The notes: generated by a model not told the origin, from the sequence alone. Shown: positions 17,779-28,585, numbered from the stretch's first letter. The stretch is DNA of 64,000 nt from an uncultured cyanobacterium (GCA_963740315.1 CAVUDP010000002.1:3552001-3616000); one strand, 5' to 3'. Program-made: numbers and translations.

Positions 17779-20766
17779 TCAATTCATCGCTTTAATAATC
17801 TCTATAGTCTTCACACTAACAGTACATACTCGCTGCAATAAGTCAATTACTTGTTCTTTATAATCTGCAAAACGATAGTTATTAAACTTTGCGGCAATAG
17901 TAGCGTCTTTAATTTTCTTTTCTTTATACTGATCCAAAATCCATTGTAGCGCCGAACGATTACCGAGACAATATTTCCAAGCTTCTTTCGGTACACCTTC
18001 TAAAGTGGTGACATCATCTAAAATAATTTTTCCTTTGTCTTTATCAGCTTTCAATTTTACCTTGGGTGAGTAAGAATTTTCCAAAGGTATATCAATTCGT
18101 TTTAGTTGATAAGGTGCGACAACTTCATAATTAATGTGTAAATCCATTAACAGCATTCCCCAGTTAACCCATTGGAAAAAATCATCGTAGAAAGGTAAGC
18201 GAGGAAATTCTCGTTTTAAATTAAGTTCGTATTTTTGACGATATTCGGGATTGTGTAAGACAGCGTAAGTGTAGTGAAAGATATCTTCTTTAGTAATTGA
18301 AGTGTCTTTGTAATGGTTTTGAAATTGTTCTAATCCCCAATCGGTAATGTTGTCGATGCGGTTTCCTTCGTTGTCGTAACGGTACAAAGGGAGACATTGA
18401 GTTTTTTCTAGAAAATCAAGACAAGTAATCTGATTTGTTACTAAGCATTGAAATGGTTTTGATGCACCAATTCCAGCTATAGAAATATATCTATCTTGAT
18501 TCGATTTGTCATAAATATTAAACCATTGATAAGTTCTTCCATTAAAATGCTTATCAAAATAAAGATATTTTTTGATAAATGGTCTATATGTACTGGGAAC
18601 TAAAGAACTTTCATCAAATGTTTTGCTGATGTTTCGCTCAAGATATCTTTTTAATTCTGCATCCCACTTAATATCAAAACCTAATTCTTCCGATGTTCTG
18701 CGTTTGCGTTCATAAACATCGACAAAGAATTTCATTCGATTGTCTAATTCTGCTTTAGATAAATCATAAACCCATTCATCACGTTGAGTTTTAACACCAG
18801 ATGAAAACAACTCAAAAATAGCTTCCTGTGCTTTTCCCGCTTTTACATCTTTATCAATTAAAGGTAAAAGACTATCAAAGTCATTATCAGTTTGGTTAAT
18901 CCAATTATGTTTTTTGTCTGGTGTTATATGTTCAAGGTGAAGCTGAGATAATTTAGATTCAGATAAAAAGCTTAATTTATCGTTTGCTGTTTCAAATTCT
19001 GGACGACGAATATAGAAAATTTTGCAAGGTATAGCGCTATTATCTTGTCTTTTCACCATAAAAATTATGGCAATACCAGTTTGAATTCCAAAAATATTAT
19101 GTGTAGTTCCTGAAAGTTTAGGATTCTTCCTAACATCTCCACCTAAATCAATAATATAAATATCACTAAACTCTTGACTAACAACTTTTCTAAAACCATC
19201 AAAAGTTCTAGCGTCGATAAAAGATGAATTAGTAATTAAAGCTAAAATACCGTTTTGGCTGAGTCTGTCAGATGCCCATCGCATAAATCTGACATACATA
19301 TCGTAAAGCACAATTTGGTTTTGTGCTGTCCCCTGTTTAACGTAAGTTTGCTTAATACGTTTATCTACTTCTGGATAAGCACGATTAGCATTATCATCAT
19401 TAAAATTTTCTTGTTTGGCATTATATGGTGGATTGCCAATTATTACCGATATTGTACTTTCATTTTGTCGCTTAATTCTTTCTGTATTTTCTACACTCAT
19501 AGCAAACAAATCTAATTGCTTACCTTCAAAGGATGTATGCTCTAGAGTGTCTACAAAACAAATATTATCAAACTCCTCATAAACACCCATCTTCTGTTTA
19601 TAAGTGTATTCAATATTTAGATTTGCGGTGTAATAAGGTAATATTGCAACTTCATTACAGTGAATTTCATGCTTATACTTATATTCCAGACTATCCTTCG
19701 GTAAATATTCGATTAATTCAGTAACAAACGTCCCCGTACCCGTTGCCGGATCTAAAATTTCGACATTTTTATCGGCTAAAAACTTACCAAAATGTTTGTG
19801 TGTTAAATAATCAACGCTTTCCACCATGAAGCGGACGATTTCATTGGGAGTGTATACGATTCCTAGTCTGTCAGCAGCTTTGGGATTATAAGCTTGATAA
19901 AAGTTTTCGTAAAGAGCTTTTAAAAACTTCTGCTTTTCGTGATGATTGTAAATGTTCGCAGCAGTTCTTCTAATTACTCCGTAGTAACGTTCAATTGTAC
20001 CCAAAGTATTTCTTTTAACGTTACCTTTAAAGAAAGTTTCTATAATATTTTGCAATTCACGAGCAATGTTGTTTTCTCTGTGAAATTGAGATTCATTATA
20101 TATATTGATAAAAATATCTTCGGTTAAAATATGCTGAATCATCATTTCCCGAATATCTAATAAATTGATTTCAGGATTAATTGATTCTTTACAGATTCCC
20201 AAAAATTTATCTACCGCTGTTTTAAAGTTTAAATTAGTTTCAACTTGACTATCAATCAAATCTCGCAAAGCATTTAAAATAGTCGGTAAATCTTCTTTAA
20301 ACGTTTTAATAGCTTCGCGAAAATCTTTAACTTCCGGACGAAGATAATTTAGAAAACCAGTAATAATTTCATCTAAAGCTTCCGCATCTTTAATCGGAAC
20401 CCGCATTGATTCATTACCACCCTGAATTAAAACCGCTGTTTGGGAATCTTCAAACAGAATGTTACTATCTGGGTAGCCTTTTATCAGTTTTTTTTCAATT
20501 TCTAGGTCTAAATTATCGTATTGATCTTTACTTTCCCAATAGCCCCAATCCAAACGCAAAGCATCTTTAACAGTACCATCGGGATAAACAATTCCATGAG
20601 GAGTTTTATAATCTAACTCCGGAATTAATAAAAATTCCCGTGGCTTGCAATATTCATTTAATAGGTTTTGAAAAGCAACACGAATAGAAGTTTCTTTACG
20701 AGAGCCGCCATAAATTATAATCTTTTCGACTTCTGCGTGATATTGCTTAATCAGAAGTACGGACAT
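17779..20766 (-). CDS. Single-polypeptide restriction-modification enzyme: N-terminal nuclease-like domain, N6-adenine MTase, type ISP-like C-terminal specificity domain (no helicase)
   Basis: PDG...YWESK (PD-(D/E)xK-like); LDPATGTGTF motif I; IGNPPY motif IV; GVKTQRD, YRPF and LHNPEYR..Y..NL....PR motifs of the type ISP C-terminal domain. Confidence 0.85.
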   Translation of the reverse strand: MSVLLIKQYHAEVEKIIIYGGSRKETSIRVAFQNLLNEYCKPREFLLIPELDYKTPHGIVYPDGTVKDALRLDWGYWESKDQYDNLDLEIEKKLIKGYPDSNILFEDSQTAVLIQGGNESMRVPIKDAEALDEIITGFLNYLRPEVKDFREAIKTFKEDLPTILNALRDLIDSQVETNLNFKTAVDKFLGICKESINPEINLLDIREMMIQHILTEDIFINIYNESQFHRENNIARELQNIIETFFKGNVKRNTLGTIERYYGVIRRTAANIYNHHEKQKFLKALYENFYQAYNPKAADRLGIVYTPNEIVRFMVESVDYLTHKHFGKFLADKNVEILDPATGTGTFVTELIEYLPKDSLEYKYKHEIHCNEVAILPYYTANLNIEYTYKQKMGVYEEFDNICFVDTLEHTSFEGKQLDLFAMSVENTERIKRQNESTISVIIGNPPYNAKQENFNDDNANRAYPEVDKRIKQTYVKQGTAQNQIVLYDMYVRFMRWASDRLSQNGILALITNSSFIDARTFDGFRKVVSQEFSDIYIIDLGGDVRKNPKLSGTTHNIFGIQTGIAIIFMVKRQDNSAIPCKIFYIRRPEFETANDKLSFLSESKLSQLHLEHITPDKKHNWINQTDNDFDSLLPLIDKDVKAGKAQEAIFELFSSGVKTQRDEWVYDLSKAELDNRMKFFVDVYERKRRTSEELGFDIKWDAELKRYLERNISKTFDESSLVPSTYRPFIKKYLYFDKHFNGRTYQWFNIYDKSNQDRYISIAGIGASKPFQCLVTNQITCLDFLEKTQCLPLYRYDNEGNRIDNITDWGLEQFQNHYKDTSITKEDIFHYTYAVLHNPEYRQKYELNLKREFPRLPFYDDFFQWVNWGMLLMDLHINYEVVAPYQLKRIDIPLENSYSPKVKLKADKDKGKIILDDVTTLEGVPKEAWKYCLGNRSALQWILDQYKEKKIKDATIAAKFNNYRFADYKEQVIDLLQRVCTVSVKTIEIIKAMN

Positions 20767-21529
20767 ACTCTATAGGTTTTATATAAATTTGTTACTTTAA
20801 AGTTTAGCCATCACCTCCTTATTTGACTCCAGAAAAAGCACTGTAACTTATTCCAAATAACCTTATTTATTTAGATAAAAATACTGATTTACTTGCGAGT
20901 TTATGAATTTAAAATAAAGAACATAAAATGAGTCAATTTACACTGCATTCCTCTACGCTTTCCTTTGCGTGACTCTGCATTAAAAATATATTATTTACTC
21001 CTTTCCCGCTCTTATGATTACGGAGAAAAAAACCCTCTAAGAAAGAAGTAAAGAGAGATAGGTCATTTTAGGGCGGGATAAGAGTAGTTAGATATCAATA
21101 AATTTACGAATTCCACTTTACCCATCTGTACTTAAGCGATAAACTCACTATAAGCAGCTTGAGAATATTCCGAACTGAAAAAACTGCAAAGTCAGCAAAA
21201 TAAACAAACTGCCGTCCAACTGCCACATTTTAGGTAATTTGATGGGGTTTTTATTTTTTTATTCTCGACAGAAAAAACCAGCATTAGATATTTGAATCTT
21301 ATATTTTTCCTCTTTTTTCTCTGCTAATAAGACTGCCTTCAACTACAATACAAATTAATAATTCTAAAGATGTATTTTTAACAGATATTTAAGTATTGCA
21401 AAGAAAAATCAATTTTTATTAATTACTAATATAAAATGTAAATCAGTTTTAAGGTAACATAATCTATTGTATAAAAGAGCTAAAAAATCTTGTCTACCCT
21501 AGCAATAATTGCCCTATAACCAAACTTTT

Positions 21530-21724
21530 ATGAAAAATCAGTTTATATTTATATTGAAAGTCTTGCTTCTTTCCGCAGTTATTTCAATTTTTATTAAATA
21601 TGTAGCTCCGAGTTTATCGATTCCGGAAACAGCAACAAACGCTTTGATTATTGTATTGTTACCTAATGTAATTATGGCAACTGTTTTATTATGGCAACTA
21701 TCCAGAAAAGAAAAGCTTAATTAG
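21530..21724 (+). CDS. Small conserved two-TM hypothetical protein
   Basis: F.LKVLLLS..IS.FIKY.AP pattern; ATG at 21530 preferred over the TTG at 21509. Confidence 0.65.
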   Translation: MKNQFIFILKVLLLSAVISIFIKYVAPSLSIPETATNALIIVLLPNVIMATVLLWQLSRKEKLN

Positions 21725-21810
21725 AACTACTTAGGCGCAAGTAGCTAAATATCAGCTAACCTAGCAGAATTATCGGTAAATAAAAGTTGCCTTGAACTGG
21801 GAGTTAAAGC

Positions 21811-22968
21811 GTGAATTTAGGTCAATGGATTGGTTTAATAGCCTTAACGATTTCTCTATATATTGTGTGGCAAATCAAAGAAGTCATTTTACTTATATTT
21901 GCCGCAGTTGTTTTAGCTACTACTTTAAATAGATTGGCTCGACGACTGCAACGCTTGGGTATAACACGCGGCTTTGCGAAACTTCTTTCAATTACTATTT
22001 TTTTAGTCGGAGTAATTGGTTTTTTCTGGCTAATTGTCCCACCTTTTATAGAACAGTTTCAAGAATTAAGTTACCAGATTCCTAAATCTATAGTACGTCT
22101 GAATGCTTGGCTTTTGGAATTGAGAGGAAGGCTTCCCGATCAAGTTATTCCATCTATACCCGATATAAATAGTTTAATACAACAAGCCCAACCATTTGTT
22201 AATCGCGGTTTAGAAAGTACTTTTGCTTTAGTTTCTGGTTCTTTGGAAGTAATACTGAAGGTTTTGCTAGTGCTGGTTTTAACAGGGATGTTTATCGCAG
22301 ATCCTTTATCTTACCGTAAATTGTTTGTTAGGCTTTTTCCCTCGTTTTATCGAAGAAGAGTAGAAGGAATTTTAGATCAATGTGAAGTGTCTTTAGAAGG
22401 TTGGATAACGGGTGCTTCGATCGCGATGTTTTTAGTCGGACTTTTAAGCGTACTTGGGCTAAGTGTGTTACAGGTACGATCGGCTTTAGCTTTAGGAGTT
22501 TTAGCCGGATTTTTGAACTTGATTCCTAATTTAGGTCCTACCTTGAGCGTTTTTCCAGCAATGGCGATCGCGCTTTTGGATTCTCCTTGGAAACCACTCG
22601 CTGTTTTAGTTCTGTATTTTTTCATCCAGCAAGCTGAAAGTAATTTCATTACGCCTATGGTTATGGCGCATCAACTTTCTCTTCTACCAGCAGTAACGTT
22701 AATTTCTCAGCTATTTTTCGTCACATTTTTTGGCTTTCTAGGATTATTTTTAGCATTACCTTTAACCGTAGTAGCAAAAATTTGGATGCAAGAAATAGTA
22801 GTCAAAGATGTTTTAGATCAATGGAATCCTAAACCCAAAAATCAAGCTGAATGCGTTATTGTTGCAGATAACGTAGAAATCAATACATCTGAAGAAACTG
22901 TGACTATTCAGAACGAACAGCACATAGTTGATGAAAATATTGAAGATGAAAGTATTAAGAAAGATTAA
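21811..22968 (+). CDS. AI-2E (PerM) family transporter
   Basis: Multi-TM; LNLIPNLGP and QQAESN.ITP motifs. Confidence 0.88.
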   Translation: MNLGQWIGLIALTISLYIVWQIKEVILLIFAAVVLATTLNRLARRLQRLGITRGFAKLLSITIFLVGVIGFFWLIVPPFIEQFQELSYQIPKSIVRLNAWLLELRGRLPDQVIPSIPDINSLIQQAQPFVNRGLESTFALVSGSLEVILKVLLVLVLTGMFIADPLSYRKLFVRLFPSFYRRRVEGILDQCEVSLEGWITGASIAMFLVGLLSVLGLSVLQVRSALALGVLAGFLNLIPNLGPTLSVFPAMAIALLDSPWKPLAVLVLYFFIQQAESNFITPMVMAHQLSLLPAVTLISQLFFVTFFGFLGLFLALPLTVVAKIWMQEIVVKDVLDQWNPKPKNQAECVIVADNVEINTSEETVTIQNEQHIVDENIEDESIKKD

Positions 22969-23146
22969 TTCTGTTTGAAATAGTTAAAAAAGCTAATTTT
23001 TTTTTGAAAAGGGAGTTCTTTTAATCTCACTAATTATTTAAAGTAATTTTTTAATTAATAAGTTGATCCTCAGAAAAATTTACGTTTCTGTCCAATAGGG
23101 ATTTATAATAGATTACTGTCTGGGATAATGTAGATTTTATATAGCA

Positions 23147-23767
23147 GTGTTAACAGCCTTTATTTCTGGTTTATTGTTAATAACAGTCTCCGAAATTGGC
23201 GACAAAACCTTTTTTATTGCCATGATTTTGGCAATGCAGCATTCTCGACGATTGGTATTTACGGGTGCGATCGCAGCTTTAGCAGCCATGACAATGCTAT
23301 CCGTAGGAGCAGGACAAGTAGCGTCTATATTCCCAGAAATTTATATTCATTATGCGGAAATAGCCTTATTTATCATCTTTGGTTTTAAATTACTCTACGA
23401 TGCCACCCAAATGCCCAGTGAAGCTTGTGATGTCGTAGTAGTAGGAGAAGCGAAAGAAGTTGTTGAAAAAGCAGAAAAGCAAATAAAAGACCAAAAAGAT
23501 ATTTGGGCAATTTTACTAGAAGTCTTTGTATTAATTTTTGTCGCCGAATGGGGAGACAGAACTCAAATTGCCACTATTGCTTTAGCGGCTGAGAACGATC
23601 CAATAGGGGTAAGCATTGGAGCAATCTTAGGACACGCCATTTGCGCCGTAATAGCCGTTACTTCAGGGCGAATGCTAGCCGGACAAATCACCGAACGTCA
23701 ACTCACCTTCTCTGGTGGATGTCTCTTCGTAATATTTGGCGTATTTGCTGCAATTCAAGGAGTTTAG
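23147..23767 (+). CDS. TMEM165/GDT1 (UPF0016) Mn2+/Ca2+ transporter
   Basis: Two E-x-G-D-(K/R)-T motifs: SEIGDKT and AEWGDRT. Confidence 0.92.
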   Translation: MLTAFISGLLLITVSEIGDKTFFIAMILAMQHSRRLVFTGAIAALAAMTMLSVGAGQVASIFPEIYIHYAEIALFIIFGFKLLYDATQMPSEACDVVVVGEAKEVVEKAEKQIKDQKDIWAILLEVFVLIFVAEWGDRTQIATIALAAENDPIGVSIGAILGHAICAVIAVTSGRMLAGQITERQLTFSGGCLFVIFGVFAAIQGV

Positions 23768-23914
23768 GGAGTAGGGAGTAGGGAGTAGGGAATTAAGGAT
23801 TTTCTACCCCCTCTTCCCCCTTGTCCCCTTGTCTCCCCATCCCCCCAAAGGTTACTGAGCTTGTCGAAGTACTCCCCATCCCCCCATCTCCCCATCTCCC
23901 CATCCCCCCCTCTC
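23766..23914. repeat. STRR cluster (AGGGAGT, CCCCATC units) with an embedded 27-bp dispersed element
   Basis: Tandem units between convergent genes; 23847-23873 is the exact reverse complement of 3431-3457. Confidence 0.9.
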
Positions 23915-24781
23915 CTATTCAGGCTCAGAAGAAGGTGAAGCTGAAACCTCTGGAGTAGGAGTAGCGGTAGTTGCTTGTCGGTTGATTTCGTCTTTGTATT
24001 GTGCGGGTGCTAAAGATGCTGCTTTGTCAAATAAAGGCTGTGCTTCTTCGGTTTTACCTTGATCTTTCAAAACCATCGCTTTTGCTAAAACGGGGCGAAA
24101 ATCTTTTGAATCATTTTTAATTACTTTGTCGTAAGTCGATAAGGCTTGAGCGTATCGTTTCTCTTTGGCGTAAACGTTACCTAATAAAACTTGAACGGCG
24201 GTAGTATCGACGCTTCCCGATTCAATTTTATTTGCCTTTTCGGCTTTATCTAAACTTTCTTGTAGTAAACCAATCGCAGCTTCAGGGCGTTTCTGCTCTA
24301 ATAGAAGCGCTACCATACCCTGTAGAGCTGGTAAGTCTCCCGGTTTTGTTTCTAAAACAGTACGGTAAGCTGTTGCAGCTCCTTCCTTGTCACCTATTTG
24401 CTGCTTTGCCTGGGCTAATAGAACGGCGTATCTTGTTTCTTCCGGGTTAAGCTTTGATAACTTTTCTAAAGGTGTAATTACCCCTTTTATGTCGCCTTGT
24501 CCTAATCTAAGTAACTGTAGACGATTTTCTAATAAACCGATTAATGCGGTTTGATTTTCTGGTTCTCGTTGTAAAACTTGTTCGTAACCCCGTACAGCAT
24601 CTTCTAGCTTTGACTTTTGATTTGAAGCAGAATTTTCCGTGCTACTAGCAGTATTACCCGACTGTTGGGAATCATTGAAAGCCGCTATGATAGGAACCAT
24701 TGACCCCCCTACAAGGGCAATCACAGCTACTATCAGCACGATTTTTACGAACCATTTATTACGACCTTTAGACACCTTCAC
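23915..24781 (-). CDS. Membrane-anchored TPR protein
   Basis: N-terminal TM helix; TPR-like helices (GYEQVLQREPEN.TAL, LLGNVYA...A...YD). Confidence 0.85.
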   Translation of the reverse strand: MKVSKGRNKWFVKIVLIVAVIALVGGSMVPIIAAFNDSQQSGNTASSTENSASNQKSKLEDAVRGYEQVLQREPENQTALIGLLENRLQLLRLGQGDIKGVITPLEKLSKLNPEETRYAVLLAQAKQQIGDKEGAATAYRTVLETKPGDLPALQGMVALLLEQKRPEAAIGLLQESLDKAEKANKIESGSVDTTAVQVLLGNVYAKEKRYAQALSTYDKVIKNDSKDFRPVLAKAMVLKDQGKTEEAQPLFDKAASLAPAQYKDEINRQATTATPTPEVSASPSSEPE

Positions 24782-25156
24782 CGTCCTTTAATTTGAAAAG
24801 AAATAATCGTTTACAGAAATTGACAAACAAAAAATTATCAAAACTTTACGGAATACCGTGTGTTGCTTGTGAACTTTATAACAAATACTCGCGCTTTGTT
24901 GCCGTATCTCAAATGACGACTTTAGGAGGAATAGTCTGAAATTGTAGCTATGGTATGCTTTTGTTCCAAGTGTAAAGACGCTAAATTACACCTAATGGTG
25001 TTTATATGCGAAACCTCGCAACACTAATATCTCATAGAGTTTAACTGTTTTCGACTTTCTTGAAAGGAATATACCATTCAAGATAGGCAGAAATGCTCTT
25101 GAGAGTAGCCTTTGTAAAGTCCCATATGGGATGTGTCTCCGCCGCAAGGAGTTTTT

Positions 25157-26239
25157 ATGAATTCCGACCTGATGCCGTCTTCTGAATCGTCCGAAACCTC
25201 CGATTTGTCTGCTTCTATGGAAGCGCAAAATAACAGTGTAGAACCAACTTCTAACGCTGATAGTAAAGATAATAGTCAAGCAGTTGAGGAATCTAACTCA
25301 ACTAACGAATCAAATCAAACGAACGAAACCGCAAGGCAACAACCAATTCCTCCGCCTTCGGAACCAATGCAATACCGAGCGATCGGCTTGGTTCGCGGTC
25401 GTTACGTTGCTACCAGCGAACAATTTACTCAAGGTGCGTTGGTAACTCCAGATAATGTAGAACTCGATGCCGTCCTCTTAGGTCGGATTATGAGTTTAGT
25501 TAAAAATCATCTGGATTTAGAAAAAGACCACTTGTGGGTAGTTTATCCGCGTACTCGACAAGAAAACGACAATCTTCATCTTCAAATTGTTGGAGTTTGG
25601 GAACCAGAAAAGTTGGCTGTAAACCGGCAAACGAAAGAGGAATCCCAAGAATCAACGACTACTGAGACTGAAGAAACATCGCCCGAAGCCGAGGAAGAGT
25701 TAGCAAGCGATGATTCGTCATCCCCAACGTCTCAAGAGCGAGCAGGTGAACTCACACCTTCATCAGAAATTCCAGATGGTGGTTTTTCCGTTCGTGGTGA
25801 AGTAGTTTACCAATCTTTTGACGCTGGTAACTTGGTGGTTAAAATCAAGCAAGCACCTCGCAAAAATGACGACAAACCCAAATATTTCAAATTGAAACTT
25901 ACGGGTAAGTTAGAAACCAAAGCTGTTGGCAAGTTCTGGGACTTCCAAGTCCAGAGAGAAGCAGACCTCTTGATGATAGAGAAAGCTGAATTCATCGCCG
26001 ACTTACCCAAGAAACGCCGACCTCCCTTTAAAAAAGGAGGAGCTGGTGGAGGAAGACCATCTTATAGAGGTGGACCCGGAGGTGGTAGATCCGGAGGTAG
26101 TAAACCGTACAGCAGACGAAGTAACGGTGATACTCCACGTCCGGTTAAGAAAGCAGGTCAATCAACAGATGCACCAAAATCGGCGAATACTCGACCTACT
26201 CCCAAGCCCGTAAAGCGTCAGAAGCCACCTGAAGGCTAA
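25157..26239 (+). CDS. Conserved cyanobacterial hypothetical protein
   Basis: PIPPPSEPMQYRAIGLVRG and LWVVYPRTR...LQIVGVWEP core; AAGGA RBS before the ATG at 25157. Confidence 0.75.
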   Translation: MNSDLMPSSESSETSDLSASMEAQNNSVEPTSNADSKDNSQAVEESNSTNESNQTNETARQQPIPPPSEPMQYRAIGLVRGRYVATSEQFTQGALVTPDNVELDAVLLGRIMSLVKNHLDLEKDHLWVVYPRTRQENDNLHLQIVGVWEPEKLAVNRQTKEESQESTTTETEETSPEAEEELASDDSSSPTSQERAGELTPSSEIPDGGFSVRGEVVYQSFDAGNLVVKIKQAPRKNDDKPKYFKLKLTGKLETKAVGKFWDFQVQREADLLMIEKAEFIADLPKKRRPPFKKGGAGGGRPSYRGGPGGGRSGGSKPYSRRSNGDTPRPVKKAGQSTDAPKSANTRPTPKPVKRQKPPEG

Positions 26240-26242
26240 GTA

Positions 26243-26430
26243 AGGGGATGGGGGGATGGGGGGATGGGGAGATGGGGAGATAGGGAGATAGGGAGACAAG
26301 GGGACAAGGGGTTTAGAGTTAAGAGTCAAAAACTATTTAATTCTTGACCTTTAACCTTTGACCTTTAACCTTTGACCTTTAACCTTTGACCTTTAACCTT
26401 TAACCTTTTACCCATGCCCCATACCCAATT
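26243..26430. repeat. STRR cluster (GGGGATG, GACCTTT/AACCTTT units)
   Basis: Tandem 7-8-mers between convergent genes. Confidence 0.9.
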
Positions 26431-26432
26431 AT

Positions 26433-27626
26433 CTAAAACTCCTTCCAACGGTCTTGGGGGAGAAAAGACCTGTCCATTGAAATTGGAGCGACTGGTTCGG
26501 TAAGCGTAAATTTACCTACTTGAATCCATTGCTTTAATTCAATGGCTACTTGGCGAGATAAAAATATACTCGCTAGTGGGGCTACTCTTACTGTTTTTCC
26601 GTCAATGGTGATGCGTCCGGATTTGAGTTGGGTATAGCTAACCAAACCAAAGGTAGGACGCACCCGTCGGGGAATAGAAAAGTCTACTATCGGCGCGACT
26701 ATATCTTTATCTTCTATGGCGCAATGTTTTACTACTTCTTCGTTTAATACTGGTAGCGGTACGCCGACTCCTAACATGATCGAAGGACCATAATTTTTGA
26801 AAAAACAACCTCTTACCCAACGCGCATCCATTTGTTTGGCATCGCCAATTAAAGCTAAAGTTGCAGCAGGACCAACCGGCGTATCGTTAGGTAATCGCTT
26901 TTGCATTGGATTATGTTGCGTGCCCTCCCAAGTAACATAACCAATTCCACCACCTAAAAAGATTCGCGTCCCTATACCTATAAGCTTTAAATATGGGTCA
27001 TTAAACAAAGGTGAAATAGCGCCTGGGTTAGAGTAAACCGCATTTCCCAAACGCGGTTGCAAAGGTCCAAGATAAGTATAAAGCGGACGTTCTCCACCAT
27101 TTACGCCCACTATAAAATTTTGATATAAATTACGCGGATTAAATAAATAAAACTGATTTATGGTATCGCGAGTAATGGTAGTTTCAAAATTCGCTCTAGG
27201 GTAACAATCAGTAACTTGTCCCTGCGCTCTTACCTGTACTGGTTTGCCTGCAATTAAATCTTCTATAACATTACCGCCACCGTGCAATATTTTTGAAGCA
27301 GCTTCCCCACTACGTACTTCTTCACCTTCGAGAGGTTCGGCAGTACTGCTAGCACCCAAATATAAATCGACCGCGCCAAAACCGGAATATGCTGGTACGC
27401 CATCTAACCAGCAACGGCGAATTTTTATCGGTGGATCGGTATGTCCGAGGTTAATAATGGCACCACTCGATTCCATTTGTTCAAAAGTGCCAGTGGTAAT
27501 CACATCAACCTGTTTGGCAGCTTTTGCAACGCCGACCTCTGCGACTTTTGCTTTCAATTCTTCAACCGTTAAAACTACCGCCTTTTTACGGTTGATTTTG
27601 TCGTTTATCTCAGCAATAGTTCGCAT
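26433..27626 (-). CDS. Homocysteine biosynthesis protein (DUF39; L-aspartate semialdehyde sulfurtransferase family)
   Basis: MRTIAEIN.KI, VDVITTGTF, TDCYPR, NPRNLYQN and GIGTRIFLGG motifs. Confidence 0.85.
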   Translation of the reverse strand: MRTIAEINDKINRKKAVVLTVEELKAKVAEVGVAKAAKQVDVITTGTFEQMESSGAIINLGHTDPPIKIRRCWLDGVPAYSGFGAVDLYLGASSTAEPLEGEEVRSGEAASKILHGGGNVIEDLIAGKPVQVRAQGQVTDCYPRANFETTITRDTINQFYLFNPRNLYQNFIVGVNGGERPLYTYLGPLQPRLGNAVYSNPGAISPLFNDPYLKLIGIGTRIFLGGGIGYVTWEGTQHNPMQKRLPNDTPVGPAATLALIGDAKQMDARWVRGCFFKNYGPSIMLGVGVPLPVLNEEVVKHCAIEDKDIVAPIVDFSIPRRVRPTFGLVSYTQLKSGRITIDGKTVRVAPLASIFLSRQVAIELKQWIQVGKFTLTEPVAPISMDRSFLPQDRWKEF

Positions 27627-27881
27627 ATTATATGTAACAAATAAGTTAATAGATGGTTTTACAGCAGTAGCAACATAAATTGAAAACTGTATTCTCTAAC
27701 TATATTTTTTATTTTGCGATCGCGGGATATAAAGTTATTTTAGATATTAAAAAGATAAAAAAGTTACAACAATAACATTTAAGTAGAACTTACGATCGCC
27801 ATCTTTGTTACTGTAGGTGTCAGCAAGGGGCAATTTATTTTTATTTGTATTGTCGGGCACCGCTGAATCAGTAATCTTTGT

Positions 27882-28352
27882 ATGAATACTTTTAACTCTC
27901 ATAGCGATATAGAATCTTTAATCTCTAGATTGAAACAGCTAGAAGCCGAAAACAGTATCTGGAAAGAAAACACTTTAAGGCTACAGCGTTCCCTTGATGA
28001 GTTAAAGCGAGATTTTAGCGATCGCCAAGAAACAAAGCAAATACAAACTATGCAGAAGACGATTTTAGAATTGTCCGCACAAGTCGCAGAATTTCAGCAA
28101 TGTTTGAGTCAATTTTCAGTTGGGGATAACGGCTTTATATACCCCGGTAATAATCAAATCATTAATCGAGAACAAGACTTAGATAATGATGAAATGGTAA
28201 GTCATTTACTTGACTTAATGGAAGAAGACACCGAAGAAATTGAAGAAAAGCGAGAAATCATATCTGAGTCTGACAAAGAATTTAAAATACAAAGAATAAT
28301 TTTTTTGCTGGATAGAATTTATGTAGTAGAAGAAATGGTCGATCGATATTGA
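27882..28352 (+). CDS. Coiled-coil protein; truncated paralogue of the N-terminus of the downstream pentapeptide-repeat protein
   Basis: SLISRLKQLEAENSIWKENT..L....DELK aligns with SLVSRIEQLEAQQEIWKKNT..L....DELK of the next gene. Confidence 0.65.
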   Translation: MNTFNSHSDIESLISRLKQLEAENSIWKENTLRLQRSLDELKRDFSDRQETKQIQTMQKTILELSAQVAEFQQCLSQFSVGDNGFIYPGNNQIINREQDLDNDEMVSHLLDLMEEDTEEIEEKREIISESDKEFKIQRIIFLLDRIYVVEEMVDRY

Positions 28353-28585
28353 AGAGTTTTTGCTGCGCGATCGCAATTCTACCATTCTCAAAAAGCTGAA
28401 TAAACCCGGTTTCTTTGAGTGACTAGTAAGAAACTGGGTTTCTCGTCGATATGCCGATCGCTTTGTGCAATTTGTGAAAAACCTGTGAGTGCGATCGCAA
28501 TTTTGGGCAACTTAAATATGGGGTTGCACAAATAATATTGCTGTCATCCTTGTATCATAAGGCACTTTACAGGAGGCGGATTTTA

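Noticed and set aside
22969..23146. yybP-ykoY Mn riboswitch upstream of the GDT1 transporter
   Set aside because: Only a short AAAAGGGAG resemblance; very AT-rich with no supporting four-way-junction pairings visible.
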